DNA of 64,000 bases from positions 1,860,001 through 1,924,000 of the forward strand of contig OZ374557.1 in NCBI GenBank assembly GCA_977862235.1, given 5' to 3'. Position 1 is the first letter of the stretch. Every line of letters starts with the position of its first letter. The notes below the pieces were generated by a model. It saw only the letters and a program-made list of their open reading frames with translations, made no database searches and was not told where the DNA came from. The stretch is from Dudresnaya verticillata (taxonomy: Eukaryota). Positions 10,191-22,404 of the stretch are shown one piece after another. The position numbers were made by a program, and so were the translations under genes.

Positions 10191-12752
10191 ATGGCCTCAC
10201 GACCGCCGCCGTCGCGAGGCCCAAGTTCAAGAAGACCGTCTTCGACGCCTGGGAGTGTACCCGCGTCAGAGACGTCGCTACAGCGGATGACAACGAGGTC
10301 TGGGCGCCTCGTGAGTCCCGAGATCGCGTCGGCGTTCCCGACGCTACCCCCGGTACATGGCCACGCAGGCTCCCACGCGTCGCTCAACGGAGGAGAGTTA
10401 CCTCCCCCGCCGACGCGCAACCCCGTCGTCGTCCGCACCTCCGTCCCCGAGAGATCGGCCCTCCACACCTACCGCTCCTACGTTGACTCGGCTGATACAG
10501 TACAAGCCGAGCAACAGGACGTCGTAGACGGAACACAAGCCGACATCGTCGCGGGACAACCGGAACTTCCGGATCAACCAACCATCCCCGTCAACGACGA
10601 TCAAGCGCACTCCGCGGAGCGCAACGTCGCTGACGAACCAATGACACACGGGGCATGTTGCCACACTCCCCACGGCAGTGCCGGTTGTTCGCCGGCTAAG
10701 CCGAATTCGCCAAGTCAAAGGGCGCAAGGGACGCCCGACCGGTCAAACCGCGAAAGCCAACCGCCAACGGCGTCACCCTCGGCCGTCCGCGTGAGTAACT
10801 TAACGATACCACGCGAACGGATCCGAGAGGTGTGCGTCTTGGAGGACGATGCGATGCTCGCTAGATTTGCCGGGTTGCTAGACGACAGTGTCGGAGGAAT
10901 CGCAAGTCGTCTACAGACGTTGGAAGAGGATCGGAACGGTGCCCTACAAGGGCTCCGATCCGTCCTCGACCGTCTACTGACGAACCAAAACGCCCAAGGC
11001 GAGGGTACACAACCACCGCCGGCAGTAACGGTTTATTCGCATTCTGAGGTCAGCTCACGCGAACGCTTTCAGCGACTTGCGACTCGCTTAGAGCGTCTCG
11101 AAACCGCCAAGTGGCGCAATGGTCCACCGTCGGGTGACGAGAGCTCATGCGCAGATCGTCACAGACGTAAGGATCGGAAGAGACACCGTCGTAAGCTGCG
11201 TCAGAAACGGAAGAAGAAGCGTCGTCGACGTGGGGACTCATCCTCGTCCTCTTCGGACTCGTCAAGTGACGGAGAGTCATCAGACTCTTCGTCTGAGGAC
11301 GACGACTTCCGAACTACCGGCAGTGCCGCAAGACCTCGCGGAAAGCGGTTCAAGGGGTTGAAGGAGCTACGCCCCTCCAACCCCCTTTTCGATCAGTTAT
11401 TATCGTACAGGACGTACCGCCTCAAAGACGTAGGGCAAAAACGCTCAGGGCGCGACACGGGTAAGGTCAAGGACCATATTAAGCGCTTGGAACTGACCAT
11501 GAAGGACGCCGCCTTCAACGGCAGCGACCCCGTCATGGTCCTGGAGTTTCTGGTGCGTTACGCGGATGAAGCCGATACGCTGGAGATGAGCGAAGCCCAA
11601 GCGTTCGTTGCACTGCCGTACTTCTTGCGAGGTACGGCAGCCACGCAATTCCGCTCCGTCAAGTCGACGTCTTCTCGCCATCGTGGCGGGGTGTCCTCGT
11701 ATCCAGAGGCGGCACAGTACCTCCTCCGTACGTATGCTACGCCAGCGGCGATCAGGGACGCTGTCCTCGCCCTACGGTCGACGGCCCAGAAGAAAGGCGA
11801 GGACGAGACGACCTATGGGATGCGGCTAGCCGGTACGTGTATTCGTTGCGGTAACGTATATCCCGACTGGGAAAAGATGACGCTGTACATCGACGGGTTA
11901 GACCCGTCGATCAGGTCCCTGGTCGCTCGCTTCCGAGAAGAAACGCCAAGGGCGGAGTTGTCATTTGAGCGGCTGGTCCACTTCGCACAGGACGAAGGGG
12001 ATGCCAACCGCGCACGACACGGCAGGGCCGGTTACACGTCAGCACGACGTGACCTACTAACACCGGCTCAAGCCGTACGCACATCGCGATCCGCCATCGG
12101 CGATGCCCGAGGGGTACTGCGTCCACAGACGAGAGGCGCCAAGCCTGGAGCGCGCGCTATGATAGCGGAGTCCTCCGTCGAGTTCCGAGACGTTATCCGC
12201 CCTGTCGATGACATGGAAACACACGCCGAAGGCGATCTGTACTTGGCAGACGAGCAAGCGTCGGTGCCAACCTCGGCTCTACCGACGGACAGCTACGTCA
12301 ACGACGAAGAAGAAAGGGATACGGACCCTGCTCTCGCCTTTGGGCGCTCGGTCGTACCCGCGCCACGCGTCCCCTATTCCGAGTATGCTCCTCACGTTCA
12401 CCGAGCAAGGCCCGGGTGGCAGGACAGAGGCCCGCCCCGTCAAGACGCGCGTCGGCAGCTGGTATGCCACCAATGCTACGCCCGCGGACACATCGCGCCG
12501 GACTGCTTCCTCCGCATGAGCGACTTCATGAAGGTTATTACCAACTATGAAGGACTAACCGAGGCCGAGAAGGCTGGTGTCCCCGCTGATGCGTATGTAC
12601 GTTGCAAGGAAGGCGCGACCCGCGACGCTGCTCGCCGTGCTGCACGACCACAATCGCCACGAGGCGGACCCATGCCGCACGCGGCAGAACGTCATCCGAC
12701 GATGATCAACCGCTATGTAGCGCCGCAACCACCGCCGCAGGCGAAAAACTAA
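10191..12752 (+). CDS. gag: Gag of element A
   Basis: 853-aa ORF after the PBS with a CCHC knuckle CHQCYARGHIAPDC; ends G AAA AAC TAA. Confidence 0.9.
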   Translation: MASRPPPSRGPSSRRPSSTPGSVPASETSLQRMTTRSGRLVSPEIASAFPTLPPVHGHAGSHASLNGGELPPPPTRNPVVVRTSVPERSALHTYRSYVDSADTVQAEQQDVVDGTQADIVAGQPELPDQPTIPVNDDQAHSAERNVADEPMTHGACCHTPHGSAGCSPAKPNSPSQRAQGTPDRSNRESQPPTASPSAVRVSNLTIPRERIREVCVLEDDAMLARFAGLLDDSVGGIASRLQTLEEDRNGALQGLRSVLDRLLTNQNAQGEGTQPPPAVTVYSHSEVSSRERFQRLATRLERLETAKWRNGPPSGDESSCADRHRRKDRKRHRRKLRQKRKKKRRRRGDSSSSSSDSSSDGESSDSSSEDDDFRTTGSAARPRGKRFKGLKELRPSNPLFDQLLSYRTYRLKDVGQKRSGRDTGKVKDHIKRLELTMKDAAFNGSDPVMVLEFLVRYADEADTLEMSEAQAFVALPYFLRGTAATQFRSVKSTSSRHRGGVSSYPEAAQYLLRTYATPAAIRDAVLALRSTAQKKGEDETTYGMRLAGTCIRCGNVYPDWEKMTLYIDGLDPSIRSLVARFREETPRAELSFERLVHFAQDEGDANRARHGRAGYTSARRDLLTPAQAVRTSRSAIGDARGVLRPQTRGAKPGARAMIAESSVEFRDVIRPVDDMETHAEGDLYLADEQASVPTSALPTDSYVNDEEERDTDPALAFGRSVVPAPRVPYSEYAPHVHRARPGWQDRGPPRQDARRQLVCHQCYARGHIAPDCFLRMSDFMKVITNYEGLTEAEKAGVPADAYVRCKEGATRDAARRAARPQSPRGGPMPHAAERHPTMINRYVAPQPPPQAKN

Positions 12753-15751
12753 CTCGGGCACCAAATCCTGACACTGGGGTATCACACCGCGAAGAGAGGC
12801 CTAGGCCTCGGGTGTTGACACGGAAGGAGGGCCCGAAGTTAGTTACTGATGACGCCAACGGGCGGATAGAGTCGTCACAGACGTCATTAAAACGCCCATG
12901 GCGAAGGTACCAGCCCCCCCAGGCACGAGGGCAGTTGTTCGTAATGGCCAAAAGGAACTATAAGGTATACGCCGATTTGGGCGCAACCGTTAGTACCTTG
13001 GCACGTAAACTCACTGTCCTCGACACGGGGGCTGGTCCGAATTTCATTCGCATTGACGACATTCCGCTGGAAGCGCGATCGCGCATCGTGGCAAAGAGTC
13101 TCCCCGTCATAGCAGACGCCAACAATAAGGCGATCCATACAAGAGGCACCATCGACCTGGTCGTTCGTCTAGGACGGAGAGTCGTCAAGTTGGAACTGAT
13201 CGTTTGCGAACGACTCGCTCCGCCGGTTATACTCGGCTGCGACTTTTGCGACCGCTTTGTCGAGGCAATATATCCGCGAAGTCGCGAGGTTGAATTGGAT
13301 GACGGGACTCGTGCCCCTATAACGCGCCGCCCGCTGCGCCGAACCCCGTCGTATCCACCGTTACCAACGGAACAGGAATACGGCAAGGCCGAAGGGAGAA
13401 CGTCACCGAAGATCCGAGTCGCCGAGCGCCCGATCATCCCGCCTAAGGCGCAGCAATGGGTATCGGTGACCACCGAGCGCACCGGCATCATCACAATTCA
13501 ACCGTTTGGAACGCTGTACGACAAACAAGGGCTGGCCGTTACGAACGGGATTGCTCAAGTGGAGCCGCTAAAAGCGTTTCGAATTCTGGTTGCCAACTTC
13601 TCTCCCCGACCCCAGGCGCTGGCCAAGAGCCAAGTCGTCGCGACGGCGTTACCACATCCGACAGCAGTGTTCCCAAGTCACGTAAGTCTAGCCGATGTTT
13701 TGGGCCTCACAGAGGAACAGGCCGAGGAAGAGAAGGCAAACCAAGATTTCCGTTTTCAAACGAACGATAACACTGCGGCACAGCCGGATACTTTCACGAA
13801 GTCTATCGAGGCAACCACTGGCAAACCTCCGTCAGTAGACGATTTAGACCTGGGATATCTCCCCGCCGAGCATCAAGGCCGGCTCAAGGAGATGTTACGC
13901 AAATATTCGTCTATGTGGGACGGGTCGTTGGGAGAAATCTCAACCACGGAGCACTACATCGACTTGGTTCCCGGCTCTAGACCGATATCATCCCCGCCCT
14001 ACCGAGCGGGGCCGAAGCAAAGACAACTCGGTCAAGCGGGAGTGGACCGCATGCTGCGTCAAGGGGTTATCGAACCCGCACAATCGCCGTGGGCGTCACC
14101 AGTGGTCTTCGCCCCCAAGAAGGACGGGACCCTCCGCTTTTGCGTAGACTACCGTCGTTTAAACGCAGTAACCGTACGGGACACGTACCCGCTGCCGCGT
14201 ATCGACGAATGCATCGACAGACTAGGGGAAGCAAACGTCTTCACCACCCTAGACTGTAACAATGGGTACTGGCAAGTGCCGATCAACCCGCCAGACCGCG
14301 ATAAGACTGCTTTCACGTGCCACGCCGGGCTGTTCCGCTATAAGCGTATGCCATTCGGTCTCACGAACGCACCCGCTACGTTTCAACGAACGTTGGACAT
14401 ATTACTCGCTGGTTACAAGTGGCGTTCGTGCCTCATCTACCTCGATGACGTAATAATCTTCTCCAGCGACATTGACAGCCACTTCCGTCATTTTGACGAG
14501 ATCCTTTCGACATTGCACCGTGCCGGGGTGACCCTGAAGTTAACCAAGTGTGACTTCTTCACCCCGACCGTCAACTACTTAGGACACGTCATACGTCCAG
14601 GACGGTTAAAAGCTGACCGAACTGTCACTGCCGCGCTACGCGAAGCCAAGCATCCACGGGATCAGAAGGAGCTACGGAGTTTCCTCGGTCTTTGTAACGT
14701 CTACAGACGGTTCGTCTCGCGATACGCGCATGTCGCTGCCCCCCTCAACAAGTTGCTGAGGAAGGAGCAGGACTTCCGGTTACAACCGTTCGATCAGACA
14801 CAGGCCAAAGCGTTCAGTACGCTCGTCGAGGCCGTGACTCATCCGCCTATACTGGCGCTACCACAGCAGGGTCTCCCCTACTCCGTCGATTGTGACGCAA
14901 GTGAGTATCAGGTCGGCTGCGCTCTCTTTCAAACGCAGCCCGACGGGGAACGTAAGCCGCTCGGCTTCTGGTCCCGCTCGCTCACCGCTCCAGAGCGTAA
15001 CTACTCGGTCTCCGAAAATGAGTGCCTCGCAGTAGTATGGTCCGTCATGACGCTGCGACCTTACCTCCAGATGGAGTCGTTCACAGTCCATACGGACCAT
15101 TCGTCATTGAGGTGGCTGATGGAAATCAGCGACCCCTCTGGACGTTTGATGCGGTGGCGCCTTCGCCTTTCCGAGTTCGACTTTGTCGTGAAGTACAAAA
15201 AGGGGTACCTGAATACTCAGGCAGATGCCCTTTCGCGTCTACAGACGAAGGGAGAAACCGTCGAACCCATTGACGATGATATACCATGCTATCACGGAAG
15301 CTACGTCGAAGACGGCCATCAAACGTCACAAGACGATCTGTCAGAGGCCGAAGGCGAGGTCGGCTTCGCCGAACGAGAGTTCGAAGAGTTCGACCAAGTG
15401 TTGATCAACAACACGCCACCGGCGGACGAGGTACTCCTTCGTCAAGTGACGCATGAAGAGTTGGTACACGCCCAAGGCGATGACAAATACTGTAGCGATG
15501 TCAGGAAACGTCTGGATGACGGGATCATCTTACCGTTCGCAACGGATGAACAGCGCCTGTTGGTCCGAACAGTGGAAGTCCGTCCGCAAGTGGTCGTACC
15601 ATCCGCGTTACGCGCTCGCTTACTCCACCTCCGGCACCACGCCAAGTTGGCAGGGCACCCAGGGGGCGTAAGTTGTATCATACGCTTCGACAGGAATACT
15701 ATTGGCCATCGATGCCAGTGGACTGCTATGCGACCATCCGCAACTGCGTAA
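12743..15751 (+). CDS. pol: Pol of element A (protease, RT, RNase H) in the -1 frame relative to gag
   Basis: LDTGA, FCVDYRRLN, MPFGL, YLDD, DASEY, TDH and NTQADALSR motifs; frameshift near 15665 before the integrase. Confidence 0.95.
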   Translation, partial: EKLTRAPNPDTGVSHREERPRPRVLTRKEGPKLVTDDANGRIESSQTSLKRPWRRYQPPQARGQLFVMAKRNYKVYADLGATVSTLARKLTVLDTGAGPNFIRIDDIPLEARSRIVAKSLPVIADANNKAIHTRGTIDLVVRLGRRVVKLELIVCERLAPPVILGCDFCDRFVEAIYPRSREVELDDGTRAPITRRPLRRTPSYPPLPTEQEYGKAEGRTSPKIRVAERPIIPPKAQQWVSVTTERTGIITIQPFGTLYDKQGLAVTNGIAQVEPLKAFRILVANFSPRPQALAKSQVVATALPHPTAVFPSHVSLADVLGLTEEQAEEEKANQDFRFQTNDNTAAQPDTFTKSIEATTGKPPSVDDLDLGYLPAEHQGRLKEMLRKYSSMWDGSLGEISTTEHYIDLVPGSRPISSPPYRAGPKQRQLGQAGVDRMLRQGVIEPAQSPWASPVVFAPKKDGTLRFCVDYRRLNAVTVRDTYPLPRIDECIDRLGEANVFTTLDCNNGYWQVPINPPDRDKTAFTCHAGLFRYKRMPFGLTNAPATFQRTLDILLAGYKWRSCLIYLDDVIIFSSDIDSHFRHFDEILSTLHRAGVTLKLTKCDFFTPTVNYLGHVIRPGRLKADRTVTAALREAKHPRDQKELRSFLGLCNVYRRFVSRYAHVAAPLNKLLRKEQDFRLQPFDQTQAKAFSTLVEAVTHPPILALPQQGLPYSVDCDASEYQVGCALFQTQPDGERKPLGFWSRSLTAPERNYSVSENECLAVVWSVMTLRPYLQMESFTVHTDHSSLRWLMEISDPSGRLMRWRLRLSEFDFVVKYKKGYLNTQADALSRLQTKGETVEPIDDDIPCYHGSYVEDGHQTSQDDLSEAEGEVGFAEREFEEFDQVLINNTPPADEVLLRQVTHEELVHAQGDDKYCSDVRKRLDDGIILPFATDEQRLLVRTVEVRPQVVVPSALRARLLHLRHHAKLAGHPGGVSCIIRFDRNTIGHRCQWTAMRPSATA

Positions 15752-17481
15752 CCTGCGCTAAGAATCGCGTATTGCTGCGAAAGAACGCCAAGCAATTGAA
15801 GTTATTTCCGGCAACCGAGCCTCTCGAGTTCGTATCGATCGACATCCTGGGCGAACTCATACGCACGAAGCGAGGAAACAAGTTCCTACTCGTCATTGTG
15901 GACCGCTTCTCGAAGCTAGTCCGGACGGTCCCACTGCGTAGTATTACGGCATTGGAGATCGCTAAGGCGTTTGTACGACATTGGGTCTTCGTGTACGGTC
16001 CTTCCAAGAAACTGTTGTCCGACAACGGACCACAGTTTGTGGCTAAGCTGTTTCAGGATATCTGCCGTCTTTTGGGAGTGGAGAATCTCTTCACCACGAC
16101 GTACCATCCGCAATGCAATGGCCAGGTAGAACGATTTAATCGAACTATCCTGGCCTTGCTGCGTCACTACGTTGCGGATCATCCGAGAGACTGGGACCTG
16201 TTCACGGATGCCTTGACGTTCGCATACAACACACAGTTGCATTCGTCTACGCATCTCGCTCCGTTTGAACTGGTACTGTCTAAGCCACAACGGCCATTGT
16301 CGCTCGAAGCGGAACCGTCGCTCGAAAGCGTACCCACCGCGGGGCAATACTACACCAAATGGCGAACCTGGCTGGCCGCACTGATTGGAACCGCTAAAGC
16401 GTCGTTAGCGCAAACTCAAGCACGTTACAAACGAAACTTCGATACCCGATTAAGGAAATCGAAGGAAGCAATCGCCGTAGGCGACTTCGTATTCGTACGT
16501 AAGGAATACTTCGCCCGAGGCGGGAGCACGGATCGCGCAGAGCGTAAGCATAAGCTGGCGCCAGTGGCGGACGGACCATACCGGGTAGCTCACGTTGATA
16601 ACGAGACGGTAGCCGTCGACAAGGGACGTGATGATCGGGAACGTTTGTCCCGAGACCGCGTGGTCTGGGCGCCGACCCCACCGGGTCAGGCAGCCCCTCC
16701 AATCGTCGTACCACCAGGCCCGCCTGAGGAGCAGGAAGCAGTCGCCCCCACGTCACAAGACGAAGGGACGACTACCCCCAGCACGCCACCAGCGGACCCG
16801 GAGGGGGACGCAAAGACTTCGCATACTGCGGGAGATCCGCAAGAGCGTACGATCACAGCGTCACGCAGTCGTGGGTTGGCAGAGCTTTCGCCCTTCGCCG
16901 CCGATCCCGACGACCGCGCTTCGCAATCCGTCCCCAACGACGACAATACTCCAGGGGTTCGCACCCGTTTGGAACACGTCGCTACGGCACTGCCGGATGA
17001 GAACAATGACTCCGCTGAAAGCGCGTCCGATAACGAAGACGTTAACCGTGCAAGCACGAAGCAAGGCGCCGCAAGCGATGAACTCATCTCACAACTCGTC
17101 TCAAGACGCAACAACCCACTGACCGCTGATGGGGCGCCCGAGGCCCAAGGCCAACGCCTTCGGCGATCAACTTGTCGAGTACGTTTCGCCGAACCGGAAC
17201 AGACGCCCATCACGCAACGAGACAAACCGCCAATGGCGCTGGACAGGCCCACGTCCAAACCGAACGCTGTGGGCGGGAAAGAATACGTGATTGAACGCAT
17301 CGAGTCGCACGCGTACGCGGATGATGGGGAGATCCTCTACCGCGTCAAGTGGTTTGGATACCCCGCGTCAGCGAACACCTGGGAGCCAGTCTCCAGTTTG
17401 CCGCGATCCCACGTCACACGATACCACCGTCGAAAACGCACGCAGCTGCCGCCAAACGTCAACGACGCGCAGCGCGGCTAA
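15673..17481 (+). CDS. Integrase and chromodomain of element A (frameshifted continuation of pol)
   Basis: CVTC, SIDILG, SDNGPQF, NGQVERFN; chromodomain EYVIERI...YRVKWFGY...NTWEP. Confidence 0.95.
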   Translation: MYHTLRQEYYWPSMPVDCYATIRNCVTCAKNRVLLRKNAKQLKLFPATEPLEFVSIDILGELIRTKRGNKFLLVIVDRFSKLVRTVPLRSITALEIAKAFVRHWVFVYGPSKKLLSDNGPQFVAKLFQDICRLLGVENLFTTTYHPQCNGQVERFNRTILALLRHYVADHPRDWDLFTDALTFAYNTQLHSSTHLAPFELVLSKPQRPLSLEAEPSLESVPTAGQYYTKWRTWLAALIGTAKASLAQTQARYKRNFDTRLRKSKEAIAVGDFVFVRKEYFARGGSTDRAERKHKLAPVADGPYRVAHVDNETVAVDKGRDDRERLSRDRVVWAPTPPGQAAPPIVVPPGPPEEQEAVAPTSQDEGTTTPSTPPADPEGDAKTSHTAGDPQERTITASRSRGLAELSPFAADPDDRASQSVPNDDNTPGVRTRLEHVATALPDENNDSAESASDNEDVNRASTKQGAASDELISQLVSRRNNPLTADGAPEAQGQRLRRSTCRVRFAEPEQTPITQRDKPPMALDRPTSKPNAVGGKEYVIERIESHAYADDGEILYRVKWFGYPASANTWEPVSSLPRSHVTRYHRRKRTQLPPNVNDAQRG

Positions 17482-18568
17482 CCCTAATCCGCAAACACCG
17501 CTGGAAGCGAATGGACGCGTGCACGTGTGCACGCCAGGGACGAACGCGGACGCAAGTCGTTGCGTCATAGACAGCCTCGCGCAAGCCACCTCGCAGCAGC
17601 CCCCATACGGAACCTCTGGATGGGTGCGCTGTTGACAGTGGATCCAGATCGCAAATCGAGATCCGCCGCCGGCGCCCCTCGGGTAATAGGAGGCAGTAAT
17701 TGATCAAATTTTAACTTCCAAACACGGCAGCGCGCACCACCCGGCCGTCAACGCACGACGAACGCAATCATGCCAAGTGGCTGAGCAGGTGCTACGAGCC
17801 CCAGCGACGACAGGCGCAAGTGGCAGCGCCCAACAACCGTCTCCGACGTCGAGACGGGCACTCGCCCCACGGTCAAGTCCCTGGAACCACCACCCCGCCG
17901 GCCACGGTCTCGCGCGCAAGACCCATCGAACGTCTCCGACGTAACTCGCCAAGAAGGGGCGCACCGACAAACCCACCCCCGAAAGGAGGGGGGGAAGGTG
18001 GTCGAAGACGCAGTTGCTGCGGGTTCCGTGCACGACGCGGCAACAAATCGCTAACGACTCCGCCGCTGCCTGCGGCCGCCGCGTCGCAGTCGCGCGAGCG
18101 CGACCGACAACTCTACCCTACTCCCAAGGAGGAACGTCGAAGACGAAAGGAACGGCAACGCCAAGGCGTCAACACCTACCTCACCGCCTTCGCGACCCTC
18201 GTCGGAGACGCCGACAAACCACGCCCAAGGCGCAGTGCGACACATGCATTACAAAAACGCTAAGCAAGCGGAAATACGCCACCGCCACACGCGAAACACG
18301 AAGAGCAACGCTACTACAGCAGACACTACCAGCCAAACACAGCCGAAGCGCAACGCACGGCCAAGGCTAAAGGCATCAAACGCCAACGCTACTGTAGCGG
18401 GCAACCAAAAACACGACGCAAAGTCGAAAAGGGATCACAGGTTACACCATAAGGCCAACGCGAAACGCGACACACAAAGAGGCTGGCAATGGCCGAAGTT
18501 TACTGGGCTAAAAACAAATGAGGAGAAACCCTCGCCCTAACGATCGACCACTACAGCTGCCTTAATCG

Positions 18569-21009
18569 TCAAAGACGAAGGGGAATACCCCGCTCATCGG
18601 TCCCGCAAGGGAGCCGAAGGGCACCACAATACGCACCCTCGCGTCCGCTATCCGTTCCTGAAACGACATCAAGACTCTTTCGTCGCAGAAGAACCGGCTG
18701 GCACATCCTCGGACACTTTCGTCGCAGACGAACCAGATGGCACATCCTCGACGCCTTCGGCGGACTCGCGCAACGCCTCTTCGTAGAGGTCGTCCTCCGT
18801 CGTCGACGGTACACTCACGGCAGGAGCCGGGGCGGACCGCAAAGGCCTTGCCACCGCAACTGCCGGAGTGGCTGCAACAGGCGCCGCAGGCGAAAGGGGC
18901 GACTTATCAATCGCCTTCGGCGTCGTCGCGACGATATCCGCCAAAGGCGATGAAGCAATAACACCCGCCACAGGCGCAGCGCTCAAGCTATCGTTCGCCT
19001 TAGGCGTGGGCACAGCCCCATCCGCTTTAAGCGTAGTCAACGACTCGTCAACCACCTTTGGCGTCAGTTCAGAAACTGCCTTGATGGGCGTCGCCTCTTC
19101 ACTCGCCTTCGGCGTTGTTAATCCGACACCCGTCAATGACGCAGGAGCACCTAGCCCCTTTGGAACCGTCAACGACGCTATAGCGGCATTCGCCTCGCTC
19201 GCCGCAGGCGGTATAGGCATACTAACGTCTTTACACGCCGGACCATTCGCCTTAGGCGACGAAGGCTTCTCTGCCACACCGTCCTTCGACGCAGAACCTA
19301 CGACACTAGTCGACTTTGGCGCGGCCCACCCTGAGGTGGGACCGCAGCCGACAAAGATTGGCTCATCCACTCAGTGGGTGAGCCGCTCAGACCGCTAGTA
19401 GCGACGCCTGCCGCCTGCAATAACGCAAGCACGGTGCGGCGCTGCTCTTCAGTCCAAGCTTGCACCGAAGCTGGACCCCCTGAACCGTCTACGATGTTGG
19501 ATACTCCGCCTTGAGGCGTCACTGTCGGCGGAGCCGACTCCAATATTGGCGTCGCCATAACAGCATCGCCATCATCGTCAGCGACGGGAGCCGCAAGGTC
19601 AAGAGGCGCAACAGCTGGCAGGCCAGCTGGCACCCCGCCGCCACCGACAGCACCTCCGGGCAAAGCCGAAGACGCGGGCTCAGGCTTGGCAGTTGACTCC
19701 ACCGCCATAGGCGTAGCGATATCCGTCCCAGACGGGTTCTCCGGTCCGCCATCGGCGTTAAACGCATCCTCCTCGGCCATTAAGGCACTCAAATGCGGAG
19801 GAAAATCACCGACAAAGTCGCAGCTCTTACGCAAACCACGCGGGTGATTACCCGGGGTGAAGCGGTCCGTTTTGCGATGGCGTTCCGCAACGTCCTTCGT
19901 CGTACGACGCTTAGTCCACGGATTATAGTGGATCCAATCGCCACAGGCGGAGTGAGTCCGACTCATCGCGAATCGCGGGCGGTTCGCCTTACGGCGGTTG
20001 TTCTCATACGGTACCATTGCCGGGTCGTTCCAATCGATCTCATCCGCCACAGCGCGTAGGTTCCAGAACTCCTCGGCGTTCCGGGACCCCCCAAATATTT
20101 CGACCAAGTCGAGGCTGCCAAGCTGAGCCACCACGCGCGGGGGCAAGTGGTACATACGGAAGGTGTCATACACCTCCCATAACCACGCATACGCCACATT
20201 GGCGACCCACTCCGTGTAAAACACGATCCAGTATCTGGAATATGGGTCGGTCATCAGCTCGGAACCGAGATACGTGACACACGGAGGAAGCTCTACGGAG
20301 AAACCCTCGCATATCTCAAACTCGCGCCATACCGGCGGTACCTTCACGAAACAAAACGGTAACTTACTACGCTCAATGCGATCCACCTGCATGTCCTGGT
20401 AAGGTACGAATACGCCCTTTCGGCGACGCGTCTCGCACTCCCACCGGATACAACGCTCCCAAAAGAACGTACCCGTACGATGCAAGTAACGAAAATCCGC
20501 TTTCAAGCGTACGCCTAATAGGTAGGCCTCTCCCAACACACGAGGCTCAATCGACACGCTCACATGTTTGAGCGATAGCGTCCCAAGACGAGCACCATAT
20601 TTGGCTTCGCCGGCTGTGCGGTACTGTCCCGCATCATAAGTGAACAAGGGCGGCGTTAACGTCGACCCCGGATAACGCGTGAAGCGACGATACACGTCTG
20701 AGACGAACTGCGCGTGGACGTCCGCACGCGACTGCCCCGCTCGCACCCACAGCCATTCGGCAGGCACGGCACAGCGCAACTTCCATTCCAACGTCCAGAC
20801 GACGCCGAGGGGCAGACCCCCGGCAAGAAACCGCTCGTAGCGTAATGGGCGACCAATTCTTCCTCGCGCAAGGCCTGCTGGTCAAACCAGGGGGCCCGGG
20901 CGAAGAAATGCGCGTGATCGCGAGGGTTCTTTCCGACGAAGTCGACCGGCGAAGCGTACACCGGCGCGGCCGAGGGCACCGCCACTTGCATGCCATTGAA
21001 CATAGGCAT
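18569..21009 (-). pseudogene. Antisense extra ORF of element A (frameshifted pieces 20656-21009, 19298-20791, 18669-19370, 18569-18814); unknown function
   Basis: Overlapping protein-like ORFs between pol and the 3' LTR; an aromatic-rich core followed by an Ala/Pro-rich tail; aligns with antisense ORFs of B and C. Confidence 0.75.
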
Positions 21010-21495
21010 GACGTCAACGACGCGAATATGTTAGCGCCAGCGGCGATGTCTCTACAAACGTCAAAGATGGCTCGTGTTCTGCGCCACTGGCGAAAGCTTC
21101 AAGAAGCGTGCGTCGAAGACGATTACTGTTGTAACGCCTTAGGTGGAGAAAAGAAACTCACGTCAACGACGTTCAACTGGCGACGCCAAAGGCAAACGAC
21201 GTCGATGACGATTAAGTTGCGACGCCCCAGGCGAGGGATATACAATAGACGTCAGCGACGGAGAACTTTATGCGCCACGGACGGTGATGTCGGGGCAGCG
21301 TCCACGCAGTCGCACGCAGACAAGAACGCAACAAGAGCGAAGTCTTACGGCACAGCCGAGCTCGCACCGCGCACGCGGGAGCACCAAAACAATACGCGAA
21401 GGCGCGGGGACTCGCTCGCAAGGCGCGGAGGTGGGCAGGAACGCAACGGAAGCGCGCACGACAGCAGGTTGATGGTCGGGTCGTGTTCGCGTTTT

Positions 21496-21504
21496 GGAGG
21501 GGGG
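21496..21504 (+). promoter_or_regulatory. Polypurine tract of element A
   Basis: GGAGGGGGG, 3 nt before the 3' LTR. Confidence 0.85.
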
Positions 21505-21507
21505 TCG

Positions 21508-22404
21508 TGTGGTGCAAGGGGAGGCGAGCCCTTTTTCGCTGAAAGCGGGCAGACCAAATACGTCGACCGACGGAGAAACCGCCACCGACGCTCACCACCG
21601 CCGTTGGCGCGCGAACACGTCATCGACGGCTTACTGGGGCGCGCGTGCACACTGCGCGCCGCGCGCCACGCGGGCACTGTACGGTGATGGGCCGACATGG
21701 CGCCCCGGGGCACTGTAACACGGATCCGGATGGGATCCGGATCCGGCATCCAGATTGGCTATCTGGATCGCCTAAGCTGTAAGGTACGCGCCTGTAAGGC
21801 TGCGGGTGCTCGCATTGCTGGCCCGATCCGGATAGGATCGGGATCGGACAAGTACCGGATTAGATCCAAGGCGCACGCTCTACAGTGCGCGCGCACGCAC
21901 GGCTGTAAGACACACGCTTCCACGTGTACGTGTAAGCACCCAACAGGGGGGTTGTACGGCAATCTGTCAGGCGCGCGGCTGCATGCAACGCGTGATCTGT
22001 CAGACGCGCCTCGGAACGACACGTGTCCCGGGTTCCCGCGCTACGCACCGCCGCCGCCGCGCCGCCGTACTATACTTAGGTAAGCCGCCCCAGACGTAAC
22101 AGTAAACGCCCGGGCAAGCCGGCCTTGGTCCAGACTTCCCCGTTCCGCACGCGCGCATTCTACCGCTGCCTACGGCTCAAGGGTCTACCTCCCGTGCTTC
22201 CACGTCTGCCATCGTCCTTGACGTGTTCCCTTTCTCTTCCTTTTCCCTTCCTTTCCGCCTCGGGCGTTTACAGTCCGCCCAAGGCGTGCCCCTTTTCTCT
22301 ACCACTAAGTCGCCCACGGCGGGACTACCTACCGCCAAGGGCGCAGCTACCCACCGAGCCCCGAACTGCTCGGCGGTCCATCGTCTCAGACGTTTTGCAC
22401 CACA
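21508..22404 (+). repeat. 3' LTR of element A
   Basis: 897-bp copy of 9167-10063. Confidence 0.97.

Larger units (their letters stand above)
9167..22404 (+). mobile_element. Full-length Ty3/gypsy chromovirus A
   Basis: Two 897-bp LTRs (TGTGGTGCAA...TTGCACCACA), PBS, gag, PR-RT-RH-IN-chromodomain and PPT. Confidence 0.97.

Noticed and set aside
9088..10290. Short ORFs repeated in the LTR copies, and similar ones in the B and Copia LTRs
   Set aside because: They recur only because the LTRs are duplicated; GC-rich and motif-free.
20845..21687. 280-aa + strand ORF as an env-like gene
   Set aside because: No signal peptide or transmembrane segment; overlaps the antisense ORF and the LTR.
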